NCBI GenBank assembly: GCA_964642545.1
Contig: CAZXQU010000001.1
Span: 37,171 to 101,170, forward strand
Direction: 5' to 3'
From: an uncultured Prolixibacteraceae bacterium
GTDB taxonomy: Bacteria; Bacteroidota; Bacteroidia; Bacteroidales; FEN-979
DNA: 64,000 nt
Part shown: positions 26,679 to 35,383 of the stretch, piece after piece
Position numbering within the stretch: the stretch's first letter is position 1
How the letters are laid out: every line of letters starts with the position of its first letter
The notes under the pieces: model-generated
The model's input: only the letters and a program-made list of their open reading frames with translations
What the model was told of the DNA's origin: nothing
Database searches by the model: none
Made by a program: the position numbers and the translations under genes

Positions 26679-27458
26679 ATGGAAATTAAGAAATCTGTTC
26701 AGGATCTTACTGTTGCGAGTAATATCACATTGAACAAACGACATTTCCTGCTTGACCTGATTGCCCCGGAGCCTCTGCCAATGATGCTTCCGGGGCAATT
26801 TGTTCAGGCACTGGTTGAGGATTCTCCAACTACCTTTCTAAGGCGTCCTTTTTCAATTCACCAGGTGGATTACAGCCGTAATGCACTCCGGCTGCTCATC
26901 CAGATCAAAGGTGAAGGGACTCGTCACCTGAGCCTTCTCAGAGAGGGAGACACGCTAAACCTGATCTACCCATTGGGCAACTCCTTTTCATTACCCATAA
27001 CCAGCGAGGTGTTGCTTGTTGGAGGCGGATGCGGTGTTGCTCCCCTGCTCTTCCTGTCACAGTTTCTGAACCAGAACAACGTCAGACCAACTATCCTGGT
27101 AGGATTCCAAACCAAAGAGGAGGTCTCTGAGATTGACACATATTCAAAATATGGTACGGTCCATATCACTACCAATGATGGAACAGAAGGCGAACGTGGA
27201 CTAGTTGTGGATCACTCGATCCTCCAAAAAGAGCGCCTCCCATTTAAAAAGATCTATTGTTGCGGCCCGGATGCCATGATGCAATCTGTTGCCAGGATTG
27301 CTACAATGCAGGGAATTGACTGCGAAGTGTCGCTGGAGAACAGCATGGCTTGTGGATTTGGGGTTTGCCTCTGCTGCGTCACACCCACAGACAGGGGCAA
27401 TGAACGCGTTTGTGTGGAGGGGCCCGTGTTTAATACAAAACGGTTGAAGTGGAAGTAA
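26679..27458 (+). CDS. pyrK: dihydroorotate dehydrogenase electron-transfer subunit
   Basis: It has a ferredoxin-reductase-type fold (RRPFSI, GGGCGVAP) and a C-terminal 2Fe-2S cysteine cluster (CGFGVCLCC...C). It is directly upstream of pyrD. Confidence 0.88.
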   Translation: MEIKKSVQDLTVASNITLNKRHFLLDLIAPEPLPMMLPGQFVQALVEDSPTTFLRRPFSIHQVDYSRNALRLLIQIKGEGTRHLSLLREGDTLNLIYPLGNSFSLPITSEVLLVGGGCGVAPLLFLSQFLNQNNVRPTILVGFQTKEEVSEIDTYSKYGTVHITTNDGTEGERGLVVDHSILQKERLPFKKIYCCGPDAMMQSVARIATMQGIDCEVSLENSMACGFGVCLCCVTPTDRGNERVCVEGPVFNTKRLKWK

Positions 27459-27465
27459 TATAAAA

Positions 27466-27528
27466 CTGAAATACGAAAGATGAAATACGTATTTCCTAAT
27501 TTCCTAATTTCCTAATGACCAATGACCA
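27466..27528. repeat. composite repeat in the pyrK-pyrD spacer: TGAAATACG x2 (15 nt apart), ATTTCCTA x3, ATGACCA x2
   Basis: tgaaatacg occurs at 27466 and 27481. atttccta occurs three times at 27491-27514. atgacca occurs twice at 27515-27528. The second ATGACCA carries the pyrD start codon (27522). Confidence 0.9.
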
Positions 27529-28436
27529 ACCTTCAAGTAAATATCGCCGGACTCACCTTCAAAAATCCCGTTACCACGGCATCTGGCACATTCGGGTATG
27601 GAGATGAGTTCAGAGACTTCATGGATCTTGGTAAGATCGGAGGTATCTTTGTCAAAGCGGTAACTGGCTCCAACAGGGAGGGAAACGCCTATCCCCGTAT
27701 GGCTGAAACTCCGTCGGGGATGTTAAATTCGGTGGGTCTGCAAAACAAAGGCGTTGACCATTTCGTCAGAGAGATCTATCCCCGGATCAAAGATTTTGAC
27801 ACCCATATCATTGTCAATGTTTCAGGCTCCACACTAGAAGAATATGTGGAGGTAGCCGCCCGGATGAATGAACTGGAGAATGTATCTGCCATTGAGCTGA
27901 ACATTTCCTGCCCCAATGTCAAACAGGGCGGGATGGCTTTTGGAACCGTGCCGTCCATGTCGTCGGAAGTGACCCGGGCTGTGAGGGATGTCTACAAGGG
28001 GGTGCTGATGGTCAAACTTTCACCCAATGTCACCAGTATTATCGAAATCGCAAAGGCGGTGGCCGACGGTGGCGCAGATGTGTTGACACTCGTAAATACA
28101 CTCTTGGGAATGGCTATTGATGCCGATCGTCGTCGCCCTATCCTCTCCACTATTACAGGAGGACTCTCTGGTCCGGCCATCAAGCCTGTTGCCTTACGGA
28201 TGGTATGGCAGGTCCACAATGCTGTAAACCTGCCCGTAATTGGTCTTGGCGGTATCATGAACGCTACCGATGCCATTGAATTCATGCTAGCCGGCGCTTC
28301 TGCCATCCAGGTTGGAACTGCCAACTTCATCGATCCGGCAGTCTCCGTCAAAATTGTGGAAGGCATTGAAGCTTATATGCTGAAACACTGTATTACCGAC
28401 GTAAATGAGCTGATCGGTGGATTGCGGACTGATTAA
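27522..28436 (+). CDS. pyrD: dihydroorotate dehydrogenase 1B, catalytic subunit
   Basis: Motifs [14 protein letters not shown] (catalytic Cys loop), [10 protein letters not shown] and GLGGI are present. Confidence 0.92.
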   Translation: MTNLQVNIAGLTFKNPVTTASGTFGYGDEFRDFMDLGKIGGIFVKAVTGSNREGNAYPRMAETPSGMLNSVGLQNKGVDHFVREIYPRIKDFDTHIIVNVSGSTLEEYVEVAARMNELENVSAIELNISCPNVKQGGMAFGTVPSMSSEVTRAVRDVYKGVLMVKLSPNVTSIIEIAKAVADGGADVLTLVNTLLGMAIDADRRRPILSTITGGLSGPAIKPVALRMVWQVHNAVNLPVIGLGGIMNATDAIEFMLAGASAIQVGTANFIDPAVSVKIVEGIEAYMLKHCITDVNELIGGLRTD

Positions 28437-28479
28437 TGTCAACATCTCTTTTTTTGCAAAAACTATTTATTCCTTCACT

Positions 28480-31056
28480 ATGATCTATAATACTCTGTTT
28501 TCAAAAAAAAAGTTGGTTAAACCTCTTTTTTCGATAACTTTCATTGCATTGCTATCAGTCATTTCCTGGCAAGCCAATCGCTTTGATCATTCCTCTAATC
28601 TTAACATTAGGGGCCACTTCCAACCCCCATCTGTTACCCCCAACGACTGGATGGCAATGCAGCGGATCTATCCCTATGACCGGATTCAGCCTGATGCCTA
28701 CCTGGCTGCTGTTGAGCAGGCTCAGGCATTGATTGATGCCGGTGCGGTCAGAAGTACCCCCTGGGTTTTTACCGGTCCAACCAACATCGGAGGCAGAATT
28801 ACCGACATCGAGATTCCTGATGGTGACCTCCAGACAATCTATATTGGCGCCTCTACAGGTGGAGTGCTCAAAACCACAGACGGTGGGATCACTTGGAACA
28901 ACCTGTTTAAAAATATCCCCGTTGTATCCATTGGAGATATTGCGATTGATCCGGGCAATTCCGATGTCCTCTACGTTGGAACGGGCGAAGCAAACTCCTC
29001 CAGCTTCAGCTTCTGGGGAAACGGAATGTACAAGTCGACCGATGCAGGCCAAACCTGGCAACATATAGGCCTGGAAAATTCGGCCTACATCGGAAGGGTG
29101 CTGGTGGATAATGCCAACTCACAGCGTGTCTTTGTAGCTGCCTGTGGCTATCTCTTCTCCTACAATGATGAACGGGGGGTTTACCGCAGTGAAGATGGTG
29201 GAACGACCTGGGAAAGGACATTATATCTGACTGATTCTACTGCTGCTATCGATTTAGTGCAGCATCCCACCAATCCTGATATTCTTTATGCAGCTATGTG
29301 GGAACGAAGCCGCGGGCTGGAATACCGGAACTCTTTCGGAGCCACCTCAGGGATATGGAAAACAATGGACGGTGGAGATACATGGATTGAGCTGACCAAT
29401 GGCCTCATGGCTGGTGAGGATGTAGGCAGAATCGGAATCTCCATGTGCAAGTCACAGCCCGATATCCTTTATGCTGTTTATGATCTGCCCAACTTCGAGG
29501 TAGCTGTCTTTAAAACAGATAACGGGGGAGATACATGGACGCGTACAAATGATGGGGATCTCTTCGGAATGTGCAGTAATTTCGGCTGGTACTTCGGGCA
29601 GATCCGGGTTGACCCGATAAATTCAAACAGAGTGTTTGTTATGGGAGTTCCACTCTACGCTTCTCAAGATGGAGGACAATCATGGTATGAAGTTACCAAC
29701 AACATCCATGTTGACCATCATGCAATGGTAATTGACGAGACAACCTCCACGATCTTTGAAGGAAATGACGGAGGTTTATATGTCAGCGGTAACTACGGAA
29801 GTTCATGGTTGAAAATCAACAACCTTCCCATCACGCAATTCTATGCCATCGATATCGATTACCTGAAACCTGAGCGCATATACGGTGGTACACAGGACAA
29901 CAACACCATCCGGACACGCACAGGCGCTGTTAATGACTGGGAAGCGATTCTTGGTGGCGACGGCATGTACACCCTGGTTGATTACACCAACTCGAATATC
30001 ATCTATGCTGAATACCAGTGGGGAAACCTTTACCGGTCCGACAATGGTGGAAATAATATGATTGATATCGGCCAGAATTGGGAAAACGAACGCACAAACT
30101 GGTCGTCACCTCTTGCAATGCACCCCGAAGACCCGACCATTCTCTATTTCGGCACCTACAGGATATGGAAGACCTTCAACAGGGGGAACAGTTGGACTCC
30201 TTTTAGTGAAGATCTGACACAAGGCATCGACCAGTATTTCCATACCATTACAACCATCACCATCTCTCCCGTTGATCCTTCTATTATCCTTGTTGGAACA
30301 GGAGATGGGAAAGTCCAGGTGTCGACAAATGATGGCCTCACCTGGACTGATGTCTCGGCAGGGCTTCCGAACCGTTGGGTAACACGCGTAACCCCGGACC
30401 CCTTCGACAGTCAAACGATTTATGCCACCCTCTCTGGTTTCAGATGGGATGAGCCACTCCCCCATGTTTACAAATCTACTGACCTGGGGCAAACCTGGAC
30501 AGCGATCTCAGGAAATCTGCCGGAATTCCCCGTAAATGATATCGTACTGGATCCCGATGTTGCTAACAAAATCATTGTTGCGACTGATGCCGGTTTGTAT
30601 GGTTCGGGCGATGCAGGTATCACGTGGGAGTGGATTTGGACTGACCTTCCTGCTGTTCCTACCTATGCGCTCAAGGTACATGCACCTTCACGAACGATCG
30701 TTGCCGGCACCTATGGGCTCTCCACTTATTCGGCCAGCATGGATGAAATCCTGGTGGGTGCAGAAAGTGAAAAAATCCAACGAAAAGGGCGCCTTACTAC
30801 TACACCAAACCCTGTAACCACCAATACCTCTATTCAGTTCTTTCTTCCCGAAGCCGATCATCTTACCTGTTCTATCATCAACATGAATGGAATAGTAAGT
30901 AATGCTGATTCAAAAATTATCGGAGATCTTCAACGGGGAGAGCATTCAATCAGGATAACAGATCTGGGAGATATAAACCAGATGCCGTCGGGGATCTACC
31001 TGGTGGTGATTGAGGGGAATCGTACAAAAATTTCGGGAAAAATTGTGGTGTTGTAA
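28480..31056 (+). CDS. sortilin/VPS10-like BNR (Asp-box) beta-propeller protein with a T9SS C-terminal sorting domain
   Basis: Asp-box repeats recur (TTDGGITW, STDAGQTW, SEDGGTTW, TMDGGDTW, TDNGGDTW, SQDGGQSW, STNDGLTW, STDLGQTW, SGDAGITW). The C-terminal ~80 aa (TTTPNPVTTNTSIQFFLPEA...GIYLVVIEGN...GKIVVL) resemble a type-A T9SS CTD. The start is trimmed to ATG 28480, which has a signal peptide. Confidence 0.8.
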   Translation: MIYNTLFSKKKLVKPLFSITFIALLSVISWQANRFDHSSNLNIRGHFQPPSVTPNDWMAMQRIYPYDRIQPDAYLAAVEQAQALIDAGAVRSTPWVFTGPTNIGGRITDIEIPDGDLQTIYIGASTGGVLKTTDGGITWNNLFKNIPVVSIGDIAIDPGNSDVLYVGTGEANSSSFSFWGNGMYKSTDAGQTWQHIGLENSAYIGRVLVDNANSQRVFVAACGYLFSYNDERGVYRSEDGGTTWERTLYLTDSTAAIDLVQHPTNPDILYAAMWERSRGLEYRNSFGATSGIWKTMDGGDTWIELTNGLMAGEDVGRIGISMCKSQPDILYAVYDLPNFEVAVFKTDNGGDTWTRTNDGDLFGMCSNFGWYFGQIRVDPINSNRVFVMGVPLYASQDGGQSWYEVTNNIHVDHHAMVIDETTSTIFEGNDGGLYVSGNYGSSWLKINNLPITQFYAIDIDYLKPERIYGGTQDNNTIRTRTGAVNDWEAILGGDGMYTLVDYTNSNIIYAEYQWGNLYRSDNGGNNMIDIGQNWENERTNWSSPLAMHPEDPTILYFGTYRIWKTFNRGNSWTPFSEDLTQGIDQYFHTITTITISPVDPSIILVGTGDGKVQVSTNDGLTWTDVSAGLPNRWVTRVTPDPFDSQTIYATLSGFRWDEPLPHVYKSTDLGQTWTAISGNLPEFPVNDIVLDPDVANKIIVATDAGLYGSGDAGITWEWIWTDLPAVPTYALKVHAPSRTIVAGTYGLSTYSASMDEILVGAESEKIQRKGRLTTTPNPVTTNTSIQFFLPEADHLTCSIINMNGIVSNADSKIIGDLQRGEHSIRITDLGDINQMPSGIYLVVIEGNRTKISGKIVVL

Positions 31057-31057
31057 T

Positions 31058-31108
31058 CTGTAGAGACGGAGCATGCCTGTAGAGACGAGGCATGCCTCGT
31101 CTCTACAG
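31058..31108. terminator. perfect 32-nt palindrome preceded by a 19-nt direct copy of its left arm, between the convergent T9SS-cargo gene and murB
   Basis: 31077-31108 is CTGTAGAGACGAGG-CATG-CCTCGTCTCTACAG, a 14-bp perfect stem with a 4-nt loop. 31058-31076, CTGTAGAGACGGAGCATGC, repeats 31077-31095 with 17 of 19 matches. There is no flanking U-tract. The right arm contains the murB Leu-stop (CTGTAG on the minus strand). Confidence 0.6.
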
Positions 31109-32116
31109 AATATTGACCTCTGGGTCCAATAATATCCCAAACCTGGCTAACACCGATTGGCGGATCAGGGATGCCAGTGTCAGGATCTCCTGGCCTGTTG
31201 CGTTTCCATAATTCACCAGTACCAAGGGCTGATCAGGATGAACGCCTGCGTCACCAGTGCGTTTGCCTTTCCAGTGGCACTGGTCTATCAGCCAGGCAGC
31301 AGCCAGCTTCACGCCATTGGGGTCAGCATAATTAACGATATCAGGGTATTGATTTTTAAGCCTTACAAACTGGTCGGAACGGATGACCGGATTCCGGAAG
31401 AAACTGCCGGCATTCCCGGCAACTGCAGGGTCAGGAAGTTTATTCTTCCGGATCCTGCAAACAACATCCCGTACATCCTGGATTGTTGGCGAGGAGATGC
31501 CAGAGCGGTCCAACTCCAATTTAATAGATCCATAAGCCAGCTTCAGGACAGGTCTTTTGTCAAGCCTTAGCGTTACGCTAGTGATGAGGTATTGTCCTCG
31601 GAGCTTTTTCTGGAAGATGCTCTCACGGTATCCAAAACGACAATCATCTCTGGAGAAGGTACGTTGTTCATGTGTCGTCAAATGAACGGTATCGACTTCC
31701 TGAAGAACCTCTTTGAGTTCTACCCCATAGGCTCCAATGTTCTGGATTGGGCTGGCACCCATCCGACCAGGGATCAGGGAAAGGTTCTCGACTCCCCCCC
31801 ACCCCTTTTGCACACAATACTCAACCACTTCATCCCAGATCTCCCCTGCAGCAACCCGAATAGTGATGGATTCATCATCCTGTTCAACGATGGTAATCCC
31901 TTTTGTATCAAGACGAATTACCGTCCCCGGGAAATTATCCGTAAAAAGAATATTGCTGCCATCTCCCAGCAACAATAATGGTTGATGATCTTCATTCAGA
32001 GATGCTAATACCGTCAAAACATCCTCTTCCCGGTCGATCTCAATAAAATACCTGGCGTTGGCCTGGATGCCAAAGGTATGTTCATGCTTGAGGGATTTAT
32101 ACTCCTGAATAACCAT
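31103..32116 (-). CDS. murB: UDP-N-acetylenolpyruvoylglucosamine reductase
   Basis: 337 aa. It has an FAD-binding PCMH domain (LLLLGDGSNILF) and a MurB C-terminal domain (AGSFFRNP, AAWLIDQCHWKG). Confidence 0.88.
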   Translation of the reverse strand: MVIQEYKSLKHEHTFGIQANARYFIEIDREEDVLTVLASLNEDHQPLLLLGDGSNILFTDNFPGTVIRLDTKGITIVEQDDESITIRVAAGEIWDEVVEYCVQKGWGGVENLSLIPGRMGASPIQNIGAYGVELKEVLQEVDTVHLTTHEQRTFSRDDCRFGYRESIFQKKLRGQYLITSVTLRLDKRPVLKLAYGSIKLELDRSGISSPTIQDVRDVVCRIRKNKLPDPAVAGNAGSFFRNPVIRSDQFVRLKNQYPDIVNYADPNGVKLAAAWLIDQCHWKGKRTGDAGVHPDQPLVLVNYGNATGQEILTLASLIRQSVLARFGILLDPEVNIL

Positions 32117-32123
32117 TATGGAT

Positions 32124-32131
32124 CAAAAGTA
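32124..32131 (-). promoter_or_regulatory. -7 box for murB (near-leaderless geometry)
   Basis: The minus strand reads TACTTTTG and ends 7 nt upstream of the ATG at 32116. Confidence 0.4.
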
Positions 32132-32175
32132 TAAAAATAATTAACTTGCGTCTCCGTTGGACTATAAACCATCTT

Positions 32176-33306
32176 ATGCCGGTCAAGTGTGCCATCGTAT
32201 GCGTTACCAATGACCTCACCACCGATCAACGGGTGGACCGCACATGCATAACCCTTATGGAACTAGGCTATTCCGTGATTTTGATAGGCCGGAAACTGAA
32301 TAAAAGCCTTCCACTGATACCCCGTTTGTATGAGATGCACCGGATGCCGTTATGGTTTAACAAAGGCCCGTTTTTCTATGCTAACTACAATATTCGCCTG
32401 TTTTTATATCTAATTACCCATAAATTCAGCCTTATCGTCTCCAACGACCTTGATACCCTTCCTGCCAGTTTTCTGGCATATAAAATAAAAACCAGGGGGG
32501 TGACACTCCTCCACGACTGTCACGAATACTTTCGCGGGGTGCCGGAACTGGTTGGGCGGAAAGGGACCACACGTGTTTGGAAATGGATCGAAGACAGAAT
32601 ATTTCCACGTCTGGAACTGATAACTGCAGTCAATGGATCCGTTGCAAAACTCTACAAGGAAGAGTATGGCAATGAGATTGTCGTGATCAGGAACGTCCCG
32701 TTCCGCAAGCATGGCGGAGAAGCTATCTCCAAAGAATCACTGGGGATATCTCCACATCAGAAGGTGATTCTCTATCAGGGAGCTGTAAACCTGGACAGAG
32801 GACTTGAAGAGATTATCCAGGCAATGAAATATATACGATGTGATGCAAAGTTGGTGATTGTAGGAACGGGTGATAAGTTTGATGAACTTCAGGCATTTGT
32901 GAAACAGGAGAAGGTACCGGGCAAAGTAATCTTCACCGGGCCAATTCCATTCCAGGATCTTTATCGCTATACGCTTATGGCAGATATCGGATTATCGGTT
33001 GAGAAGGACGTAAGCCTAAACTACCATTTTGCATTACCAAACAAGTTCCTGGATTATATTCAGGCCAATGTCCCCCTTCTGATCTCACCATTCCCTGAAA
33101 TGAAAGCAATCCTCGATAAATATTTTATCGGGGAGGTGCTGGAGAGCCATGACCCGATACATATCGCAGAGAAGATTGACGGGATGCTATTGAATGAAAC
33201 CCGGCTGGCGCTTTTTCGCGAGAACCTTCTTTCGGCTGCAGAAGAACTTTGCTGGGAGAATGAGGAGCCAAAGTTGAAGAAGATGCTGGAAGAGAATGAG
33301 GAATGA
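32176..33306 (+). CDS. glycosyltransferase (GT-B fold, GT4-like)
   Basis: The C-terminal half has the GT-B pattern (ILYQGAVNLDRGLEE...LVIVGTGD...). The start is trimmed to ATG 32176. The stop codon lies inside a heptamer array. Confidence 0.7.
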   Translation: MPVKCAIVCVTNDLTTDQRVDRTCITLMELGYSVILIGRKLNKSLPLIPRLYEMHRMPLWFNKGPFFYANYNIRLFLYLITHKFSLIVSNDLDTLPASFLAYKIKTRGVTLLHDCHEYFRGVPELVGRKGTTRVWKWIEDRIFPRLELITAVNGSVAKLYKEEYGNEIVVIRNVPFRKHGGEAISKESLGISPHQKVILYQGAVNLDRGLEEIIQAMKYIRCDAKLVIVGTGDKFDELQAFVKQEKVPGKVIFTGPIPFQDLYRYTLMADIGLSVEKDVSLNYHFALPNKFLDYIQANVPLLISPFPEMKAILDKYFIGEVLESHDPIHIAEKIDGMLLNETRLALFRENLLSAAEELCWENEEPKLKKMLEENEE

Positions 33307-33384
33307 ATTACGAATTACGAATTATGAATTATGAATTGAATATCAATGAATTGAAACCCGAAACCCGAAACCCGAAACTTGAAA
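33294..33384. repeat. heptamer-derived arrays spanning the whole GT4/GT spacer
   Basis: The units are gaatgag gaatgaa ttacgaa ttacgaa ttatgaa ttatgaa, then a degenerate bridge (ttgaatatcaatgaattgaaa), then cccgaaa x3 and cttgaaa. The upstream TGA (33304-33306) and the candidate TTG start (33379) both lie in units. Confidence 0.92.
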
Positions 33385-34530
33385 CTAACACTTCACATCA
33401 TAAGCTTTGACGTCCCGTTTCCTCCCAATTACGGGGGGGTGATCGATATCTATTACAAGATTCGGGCGCTCCATGAAGCCGGGGTAAATGTAATCCTGCA
33501 CTGTTTCCAGGATCAAAGGGATCCAAATCCTGAACTTAAGAAACTATGTACCGAGGTATGTTACTATCCGCGTCAAAAGAGCATCCTGAATCTCATGTCC
33601 CTGCGACCTTACATCGTTGCCAGCCGGAATTCAGAATCCCTGCGAAAGCGGCTATTGCAGGACGAGTATCCAATCCTGTTTGAAGGACTGCATACCTGCA
33701 ATATCCTGAATGATCGAGCTTTTCGGGACCGTAAAAAGATTTACAGGGAGAGTAACATTGAACACGACTATTATTATCACCTCTATAAGGCGACAGGAAA
33801 TATCCTTGACAAAGTGTTTTTCCTGGCCGAGAGCATGAAATTGCGCTGGTTCCAAAGGATCCTTAAACATGCTGACCTGATGCTGGCAGTCTCAAAAGCA
33901 GACGAACAGTACCTGAAATTCAAGTTTCCACAAAAGGATATCCGGTATTTGCCATCATTTCACCTGGATGACAAAATAAGTTCAAAACCTGGCCGGAGTT
34001 CCTACCTGCTTTACCAGGGCAAATTAAGTGTTCCGGAAAATATTCGTGCCGCAGAATATATCATCAATCATATCTACACTGACTCTCTTCCTGATCTGAT
34101 TATCGCCGGGATGAATCCTCCTGGGCATCTCATTAAACTAATTGAAAAGCATCCCAACATTCGACTGGAGATCAACCCCGATGACGACAGAATGTTTGAA
34201 CTCATTCGGGATGCACAGATCAACCTCCTGGTGACATCGCAACCAACCGGATTGAAGCTGAAACTATTAAATGCGCTGTTTCATGGCCGGCACTGCCTGG
34301 TGAATCCCGAAATGCTTGTGGGGACAGGGTTGAATGATGTTTGCACAACAGCAAAAACGCCTCAACAATTCCGTGACGAGATTGGCACCCTTTTCTTGAA
34401 AGATTTCGACGCTGGGATGATAGCCCACCGTGAGGCTATAATCATGGAAAAATACTCCAATAAAAAAAATTGTATAAGCCTAACGGATATATTAACTTTG
34501 TTCTATGAAAAAAATACTCGTTCCGGTTGA
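33379..34530 (+). CDS. glycosyltransferase (GT-B fold, GT4-like)
   Basis: The N-terminus HIISFDVPFPPNYGGVIDIYYKIRAL and a C-terminal GT-B half are present. The TTG start at 33379 is taken from the ORF track and lies in the last repeat unit, so the start is uncertain. Confidence 0.6.
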   Translation: MKLTLHIISFDVPFPPNYGGVIDIYYKIRALHEAGVNVILHCFQDQRDPNPELKKLCTEVCYYPRQKSILNLMSLRPYIVASRNSESLRKRLLQDEYPILFEGLHTCNILNDRAFRDRKKIYRESNIEHDYYYHLYKATGNILDKVFFLAESMKLRWFQRILKHADLMLAVSKADEQYLKFKFPQKDIRYLPSFHLDDKISSKPGRSSYLLYQGKLSVPENIRAAEYIINHIYTDSLPDLIIAGMNPPGHLIKLIEKHPNIRLEINPDDDRMFELIRDAQINLLVTSQPTGLKLKLLNALFHGRHCLVNPEMLVGTGLNDVCTTAKTPQQFRDEIGTLFLKDFDAGMIAHREAIIMEKYSNKKNCISLTDILTLFYEKNTRSG

Positions 34531-35371
34531 TTTTTCCGAGCACACGGATATCACCTGTTCCTATGCCCTGAAAATAGCAGATGCTTACCAGGCAGAATTA
34601 ATGCTTTTTCACACCTATTTTGACCAGGTTGTCCTCACCGATACAACCTTCCCCGACAGCATGAACATGAATGCTGTTTATAACGAAGAGCTGATCAGGG
34701 AAATGCACACCCAGGCTGAAGTGAATATGCAAAAGCTCCATGCGGCTATCGAAAAGCGTATGACTGATGAAAAAATCAAGAATGTCCAGCTAAAAAGTAC
34801 CGTTGTTGGAGGAGATATCGAGATGGAACTAAAAATGGTATGCAGTGAGTATCACCCTCAAATGGTAATCATGGGTACGCGTGGGATTGGTCAAAATGTT
34901 AATGTATGGGGGCGGGTATCGACATACATCATCAACCATGCCAAGGTACCTGTATTGACTATTCCCGAGATTAAAACCTTTATGGGTCTTCAGAATCTCA
35001 TGTATGCAGCAGATTTATCGGAGGGAAATGCAGCTGCCATCCTTCAGCTGCTGAACCTGATGAAACCCTTCCAGAGTTCGCTGTATATAGTTCATTTTCA
35101 GACAGAAAAAGATGATGGAAACCAAAAGATGGAAACATTGAGAGCGGAATTCAGTGATCTTGAACAAAAGGGGAAGATCCAATTCGAGCTAGTGAAAATT
35201 GGAGATGATAACCAGAAGGCTCTGGATGATTATGTGGCAAGCAATGGAATCGAAATCATCGTATTTCAGCCGCATAAGAGAAATCTCTTTTACAATCTCT
35301 TTACCAAAAATATCACGAAGAAAAACCTCTTTTCGACCAATATTCCTTTACTCGCTATTCCCGTCCAATAA
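34505..35371 (+). CDS. universal stress protein (tandem UspA domains)
   Basis: It has the N-terminus MKKILVPVDFSEHT and motifs (MGTRG, VPVLTIP) in the first domain. A second Usp-like half follows (YAADLSEG...). It overlaps the upstream GT by 26 nt. Confidence 0.8.
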   Translation: MKKILVPVDFSEHTDITCSYALKIADAYQAELMLFHTYFDQVVLTDTTFPDSMNMNAVYNEELIREMHTQAEVNMQKLHAAIEKRMTDEKIKNVQLKSTVVGGDIEMELKMVCSEYHPQMVIMGTRGIGQNVNVWGRVSTYIINHAKVPVLTIPEIKTFMGLQNLMYAADLSEGNAAAILQLLNLMKPFQSSLYIVHFQTEKDDGNQKMETLRAEFSDLEQKGKIQFELVKIGDDNQKALDDYVASNGIEIIVFQPHKRNLFYNLFTKNITKKNLFSTNIPLLAIPVQ

Positions 35372-35383
35372 AGTATCCTGATC

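Noticed and set aside
30946-31140. 64-aa ORF containing ..RDEACLVSTG.. across the palindrome.
   Set aside because: The peptide is simply the translation of the palindromic element and overlaps the 3' ends of two real genes.
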